This document shows positions 59,534 to 64,000 of a stretch of 64,000 bases of DNA, piece after piece (positions within the stretch are counted from its first letter, which is position 1; every line of letters begins with the position of its first letter). The notes under the pieces were generated by a model, which searched no databases, was not told the DNA's origin, and worked only from the letters and a program-made list of their open reading frames with translations. The translations under genes were made by a program, and so were the position numbers. Source of the DNA: an uncultured Collinsella sp. (GTDB lineage: Bacteria; Actinomycetota; Coriobacteriia; Coriobacteriales; Coriobacteriaceae); assembly GCA_958427355.1 (NCBI GenBank), contig CAUACA010000001.1, positions 103,269 to 167,268 of the forward strand. The letters are read 5' to 3'.

Positions 59534-59634
59534 CTTCCTCAGGCACCGGATCTTGCTCCTCAAACCGTCGCTTGCGTACCCAAAGTACGCTGCGCTCCTC
59601 TTTCGGGGCAATCTCCGGCACCTGAGAAACCTAG
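59531..59634. repeat. Structured palindromic element related to those at 37304-37508
   Basis: Imperfect terminal IR; inner GCGTAC-ccaaa-GTACGC; shares CTCCTCTTTCGGG with 37471-37483. Confidence 0.6.
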
Positions 59635-59688
59635 AGCTAAGGCGCCTGAACGCGCCGCTACCTTTGATGTTTAGATTGGAAGAGAGCC

Positions 59689-60453
59689 ATGATAGGGATC
59701 GGGATCGATATCGGGTCTACGGCGGCTAAGGCTGCTGTGGTCGATGGGGAGGGTTCGGTGGCGTGGACGTGCGTGCAGCCAACCGGGTTCTCCTCGGTCG
59801 ATGCTTCCGAGCGGCTGCGCGAGGCACTGGCAGCGGCGGGCTATGACGTGACGGGCGACGATGTTCGCGTGGTCGCGACTGGCTACGGCCGTGTCGCCGT
59901 GCCCTATGCGCATAAGGTCGTGACCGAGATCACCTGCCACGGCACCGGTGCCGTGCGCCTGTTTGGCGACCACGGCACCGTGATCGACGTGGGCGGTCAG
60001 GACACTAAGGTCATCCAGCTTAAAGGCGGCCGCGTGGCCAAATTTGCCATGAACGACAAGTGCGCTGCCGGCACAGGCCGTTTTTTGGAAATCATGGCCG
60101 ACCGCCTGGGCATTTCCCAGCAGCAGATGGCCGACCTGGCGCGTTCCGGCGAGCCCACCAAGATTAGCAGCATGTGCACGGTCTTTGCCGAAAGCGAGGT
60201 CATCAGCCTGATCGGTCGTGGCGAGCCACGCGAGAACATCGCCCGCGGTGTGATCGAGAGTGTCGTGTCGCGCGTGGCCACTATGGCCGGGCAGGCGGCG
60301 GGCGCCCCGTACTACCTGACGGGAGGCCTGTGCGAGAACGCCTATGTGGTGGAGCGTCTGGGCGAGCTTTTGGGCGCACCCGTGACCACCTCGCCCCAGG
60401 CGCGCTTTGCCGGTGCCATCGGTGCTGCTGTCCGCGCGCGGGCGCTGGTTTAA
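59689..60453 (+). CDS. CoA-substrate-specific enzyme activase / DCCP reductase ([4Fe-4S] ASKHA ATPase)
   Basis: GIDIGST, TGYGR, EITCH, DVGGQD.K, MNDKCAAGTGRF, CTVFAESE. Confidence 0.92.
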   Translation: MIGIGIDIGSTAAKAAVVDGEGSVAWTCVQPTGFSSVDASERLREALAAAGYDVTGDDVRVVATGYGRVAVPYAHKVVTEITCHGTGAVRLFGDHGTVIDVGGQDTKVIQLKGGRVAKFAMNDKCAAGTGRFLEIMADRLGISQQQMADLARSGEPTKISSMCTVFAESEVISLIGRGEPRENIARGVIESVVSRVATMAGQAAGAPYYLTGGLCENAYVVERLGELLGAPVTTSPQARFAGAIGAAVRARALV

Positions 60454-60465
60454 GGGGCCCTGCCG

Positions 60466-61692
60466 ATGCGCATCCTCAACATCTCGGCCCAAAAGCCCGA
60501 CAGCACGGGCAGCGGCACGTATCTTTCGGCGCTCGTGCGCTCCCAGCTGGCAGCCGGGTGCGAGCCCGCCGTCCTCTGCGGCGCCGCCCCGGGCGACACG
60601 CAGGGCGACATCCCGGCGGGCGTACCCGTCTATACCGTCGACTTCGACACCCCTGAGCTGCCCTTTCATATCTGCGGTATGTCCGATGTCATGCCTTATC
60701 CGTCCACCCGCTACCGCGATCTCACGTCTCAGATGACCTCGTCATTCGAAGACGCGTTTTGCCGCTCGATCGAGCGCGCAGTGGCCGAGTTTGAGCCCGA
60801 CGTGCTGCTCTGCCACCATCTCTATCTGGTGTGCGCCCTCGCGCGCGAGTTTGTGCGCGACCGCCCCGTGTGTGCGGTCTGCCATTCGACCGATATCCGC
60901 CAGATGCGCTCGCACGGCCTTGAGCGCGAACGCGTCCTTGCGGCTGTGCGCGGGCTCGATGCCGTCTTCTCGCTCCATGCGGAGCAGGCCCAGCAGATCG
61001 TGGAGACCTATGGGGTCGACCCGGCACGCGTGCGCGTGGTGGGTACAGGCTACGACCATCACACGTTCTGCCCCGACGCCGCTGTTCCGCGCCGCGTCGA
61101 CAGTCTGGTCTTTGTGGGCAAGGTCTGCGTCAAGAAGGGCGTGGCCAGCCTCCTTGAGGCCCTGGGCCTGGTGGACCGCGGGTCGCATCCGAATCTTTCT
61201 CTCACGCTGGTGGGTGGGCATGCGCACGACGATGAGTTCCAGCAGATCGAGTCTGCAGCTGCAGCGTCGACCGTTCCCGTGACGATTGCGGGGCGGGTGG
61301 ACGGCGAGGAGCTCGTCCGCACGTATCGTACGAGCGAGGTCTTTGTGCTGCCCTCGTTTTTCGAGGGCCTTCCACTTGTCACGATCGAGGCCCTCGCCTG
61401 CGGCTGCAAGGTTGTCATGACCGAGCTTCCCGGCGTGCACCCTTGGATGGAGGCGGCCTTGCCTGGGGCACCCGTCGCGTGGGTTACCCCGCCCACCATG
61501 GTTGATGTCGATACACCGGACAGCCGCGACCTTCCGCGCTTCGAGCGCGACCTCGCCCAAGCCATCCAGGACGCGCTTGACGCACCTGCGCCGTGCTTCG
61601 ACACCTCAGGCGTCTCTTGGGATGCCTGCTCGGAGCGTATACTAGAGACCGTTCAACGCCTGCTCGAACAGAAAGGAGGCATCGATGGCTAA
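60466..61692 (+). CDS. Glycosyltransferase family 4 (GT-B)
   Basis: TGSG, HSTD, FVGK...KKG, PSFFEGLPLV.IEALACG. Confidence 0.9.
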   Translation: MRILNISAQKPDSTGSGTYLSALVRSQLAAGCEPAVLCGAAPGDTQGDIPAGVPVYTVDFDTPELPFHICGMSDVMPYPSTRYRDLTSQMTSSFEDAFCRSIERAVAEFEPDVLLCHHLYLVCALAREFVRDRPVCAVCHSTDIRQMRSHGLERERVLAAVRGLDAVFSLHAEQAQQIVETYGVDPARVRVVGTGYDHHTFCPDAAVPRRVDSLVFVGKVCVKKGVASLLEALGLVDRGSHPNLSLTLVGGHAHDDEFQQIESAAAASTVPVTIAGRVDGEELVRTYRTSEVFVLPSFFEGLPLVTIEALACGCKVVMTELPGVHPWMEAALPGAPVAWVTPPTMVDVDTPDSRDLPRFERDLAQAIQDALDAPAPCFDTSGVSWDACSERILETVQRLLEQKGGIDG

Positions 61693-62734
61693 CGATCAGA
61701 TCCGTCTGACGCAGATGACGGCCGCCTCGGGTTGAGCCGCCAAGCTGGCTCCCGGAGCCCTTGCCCAGGTCCTGGGTGAGCTACCCAACATTCCCAACGA
61801 GCGCCTGCTCATCGGGTTCGATACCGCTGACGATGCGAGCGTCTTCAAGGTGGGGGAGAACCTGGGCCTCGTGCAGTCCGTCGACTTCTTCCCACCCATG
61901 GTGGACGACCCCTTCCTCTTTGGCCAGATCGCCGCCGCCAACTCGCTGTCGGACATCTACGCCATGGGCGGGCGGCCGAGCCATGCCATGAACTTGCTGT
62001 GCATACCCAGTTGTCTGGGCGTTGAGGTTGCCGGGCAGATTTTGGCGGGTGGCGCCGACAAGTGCGTCGAGGCCGGCTGCACCATCGCGGGCGGCCACAC
62101 CATCAACGACGACGAGCCCAAGTACGGTCTGTCCGTGAGCGGCTTTGTCGCGCTCGACCGCATGCTCTCCAACAGCGGCGCGCGCGTGGGCGATGCGTTG
62201 CTGCTGACCAAGGCGGTTGGCTCGGGCATCATCACCACGGCCATTAAGGGCGAGCTCATCGAACAGGATGATGCCAGCCCGATGTTCGACTCGATGCGCA
62301 CCCTCAACGAGGCACCGATTCGTTTGGCCGAGGGGGTCGAACTTCACGGCTGCACAGACATTACGGGCTTTGGTTTGATCGGGCATGCATGCGAGATGGC
62401 CGAGGGCTCGGGCGTGCAGGTTGAGCTTGCGTCGGAGTCGGTGCCGCTCTTTGACCGGGTGCTCGATATGGCGCGTTTGGGCATTATCCCCGCGGGCTCC
62501 TACCGCAACCAGGACTTCTTTGGCCCGCGCGTGGCTGCCGACGAGGACCTGGAGCCGGGCATGCTGGATGCGCTGTACAATCCGCAGACCTCGGGTGGTT
62601 TGCTTATCGCGGCGCCTGCTGCCGATGTGGATGAGCTCGCGCGCCGTCTGCATGCCGAAGGACGTATCGCCGCCGTCGTCGGTCGCGTGTGCGAACCGGT
62701 GCCAGGCGGTCCTGCCGTCCACGTTGTGCATTAA
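61685..62734 (+). CDS. selD: Selenophosphate synthetase, selenocysteine-containing (UGA at codon 17)
   Basis: AAAGGAGG RBS; MANDQIRLTQMTAASG-U-AAKLAPG in frame with DDA, DFFPP, AAANSLSDIYAMGG, TDITGFGL.GH, QTSGGLL. Confidence 0.93.
61760..61780 (+). promoter_or_regulatory. Bacterial SECIS hairpin of selD
   Basis: CTTGCCCAG-GTC-CTGGGTGAG starting about 25 nt after UGA 61733-61735. Confidence 0.65.
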
Positions 62735-62794
62735 GGAAAACCGTTTATGCGACCGCCTACTGTTCTGGGCGGTCCCTATTGAAAGGATGTAGCT

Positions 62795-63421
62795 ATGTCT
62801 ACCAAGATTGAAGTCAATGCCATGGGCGATGCCTGCCCGCTGCCCGTCGTCAAGACGCTCAAAGCCCTGAAGCAGCTCGACGGCGAGGGTGCCGTGGTGA
62901 CCTCGGTTGATAACGAGACCGCCGTCAAGAACATCTCCAAGATGGCGCAGGAGAAGGGCCGCACGGCCTCGGTCGAGAAGGTTTCTGACGCCGAGTGGCA
63001 CGTGACCGTGGCGACCTCTGGCGCCGTTGCCGTGGCCGATCCCGAGCAGGACGGTGCCGCTTTCTGCGACGCCAGCGCCGGCAAGGGCAAACTCGTCATT
63101 TCCGTCTACACCGATTGCATGGGCCGTGGCGACGACGAGCTGGGCCACAAGCTCATGAAGGCGTTTATCTTTGCCGTGACGCAGCAGGAGGAGCTGCCCG
63201 CGACCATGCTGTTCTACAACGGCGGCGCCAAGCTCACCGTAGAGGGCTCTCCGGTGCTCGATGACCTGAAGGGGCTGGCGGAGCAGGGTGTCGAGATTCT
63301 CACCTGCGGTACCTGCCTGGACCACTACGGCATTAAAGACCAGCTTGCGGTGGGCGAGGTCACCAACATGTACGTGATCGTGGAGAAGATGGAGCAGGCC
63401 GTGCGCGTCGTGCGTCCGTAG
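62795..63421 (+). CDS. yedF: Selenium metabolism protein YedF (TusA/SirA plus DsrE-like domains)
   Basis: G.ACP.PVVKT, MG.GDDELG..LMK.F, FYNGG, CGTCL. Confidence 0.85.
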   Translation: MSTKIEVNAMGDACPLPVVKTLKALKQLDGEGAVVTSVDNETAVKNISKMAQEKGRTASVEKVSDAEWHVTVATSGAVAVADPEQDGAAFCDASAGKGKLVISVYTDCMGRGDDELGHKLMKAFIFAVTQQEELPATMLFYNGGAKLTVEGSPVLDDLKGLAEQGVEILTCGTCLDHYGIKDQLAVGEVTNMYVIVEKMEQAVRVVRP

Positions 63422-63440
63422 CGTATTGGTTGGAGTTGCC

Positions 63441-63692
63441 ATGAGGGAGAAGCGCCCGGCGCTTGTCATCACGTTTCCCACCACGGCGGCCGCCATGGGT
63501 TGCGAGTCCCTGTGCATTGAGCGCGGCCTTCCCGGGCGAACGATTCCCGTGCCCGGGGAGGTTGCTGCCGGCTGCGGTCTGGCGTGGAAGGCGTTGCCTG
63601 CCGATGAGGAGCTGCTGCGCGGCGAGCTTGCCGCGGCGGGCGTTCCCACCGAGGGCTATACCGTGATTGATATGTGGGAGGTCGTGCGATGA
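63441..63692 (+). CDS. DUF3343-like putative Se/S carrier protein
   Basis: TF.TT..AM, IPVP....AGCGL. Confidence 0.75.
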   Translation: MREKRPALVITFPTTAAAMGCESLCIERGLPGRTIPVPGEVAAGCGLAWKALPADEELLRGELAAAGVPTEGYTVIDMWEVVR

Positions 63693-64000
63693 TCTACCTG
63701 GATAACGCGGCGACGACCATGCACAAGCCGCAGACGGTCATCGATGCCGTGACGCAGGCGATGTGCTCGCTTGGCAATGCCGGGCGCGGCGCCACGTCGG
63801 GTGCCCTCGATGCCGCGCGTACGATTCATGGCTGCCGTGCTAAGCTCGCGCGCCTTTTGGGTTGCCCGAGGGCGGACCATGTGTGCTTTACACCCAACTC
63901 AACCGCGGCGCTCAACACCGTCATCAATGGCGTGGTGCGCCCCGGCGATCGTGTGGTCACGACGGTGCTCGAGCACAACTCGGTGCTACGTCCGCTCAAC
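63689..64000 (+). CDS. Class V PLP aminotransferase (cysteine desulfurase/selenocysteine lyase), 3'-truncated
   Basis: ATGA overlap; MIYLDNAATT.HKP, GNAGRG, FT.NST.ALN, EHNSV.RP. Confidence 0.88.
   Translation, partial: MIYLDNAATTMHKPQTVIDAVTQAMCSLGNAGRGATSGALDAARTIHGCRAKLARLLGCPRADHVCFTPNSTAALNTVINGVVRPGDRVVTTVLEHNSVLRPLN

Noticed and set aside
51384..63649. Long minus-strand ORFs (e.g. 51384-52967, 53217-54794, 61781-63649)
   Set aside because: Antisense shadows of well-supported plus-strand genes, typical of high-GC codon bias.

Overview
High-GC window, by gene content probably from a Coriobacteriia (Collinsella-like) gut bacterium; this taxonomy is inferred. Bases 1-~18,300 are the late half of a siphovirus-type prophage. 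It opens with a diversity-generating retroelement (DGR): target gene with VR 981-1094, hairpins, TR 1195-1307, a structured spacer and a YADD reverse transcriptase. All 15 VR/TR substitutions fall at TR adenines, a 1-nt insertion frameshifts the target C-terminus, and no avd gene is visible. Next come a MuF/gp7 minor head protein with a JAB-like C-terminal extension and a small downstream ORF, head and tail genes (with a -1 frameshift site in the tail chaperone) and a lysis cassette ending next to thiD. Bases ~18,300-51,100 are host genes: thiD/thiC with a TPP riboswitch, yaaA, M18 aminopeptidase, polA, argG/argH, ndk, rpiB, rpsA, RNase P RNA, metY, xpt, arfB, a CLC-F-type exporter and moeA/mog/modABC, plus families of short palindromic repeats. 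Bases ~51,200-64,000 are a co-directional selenium-linked cluster: two double-cubane/2-hydroxyacyl-CoA-dehydratase-family proteins, their activator ATPase, a peptide-type ABC transporter, a GT4 glycosyltransferase overlapping a UGA(Sec)-containing selD, yedF, a DUF3343-like protein and a PLP desulfurase. The cluster is preceded by a leader with a UGA-ended uORF inside a SECIS-like hairpin.
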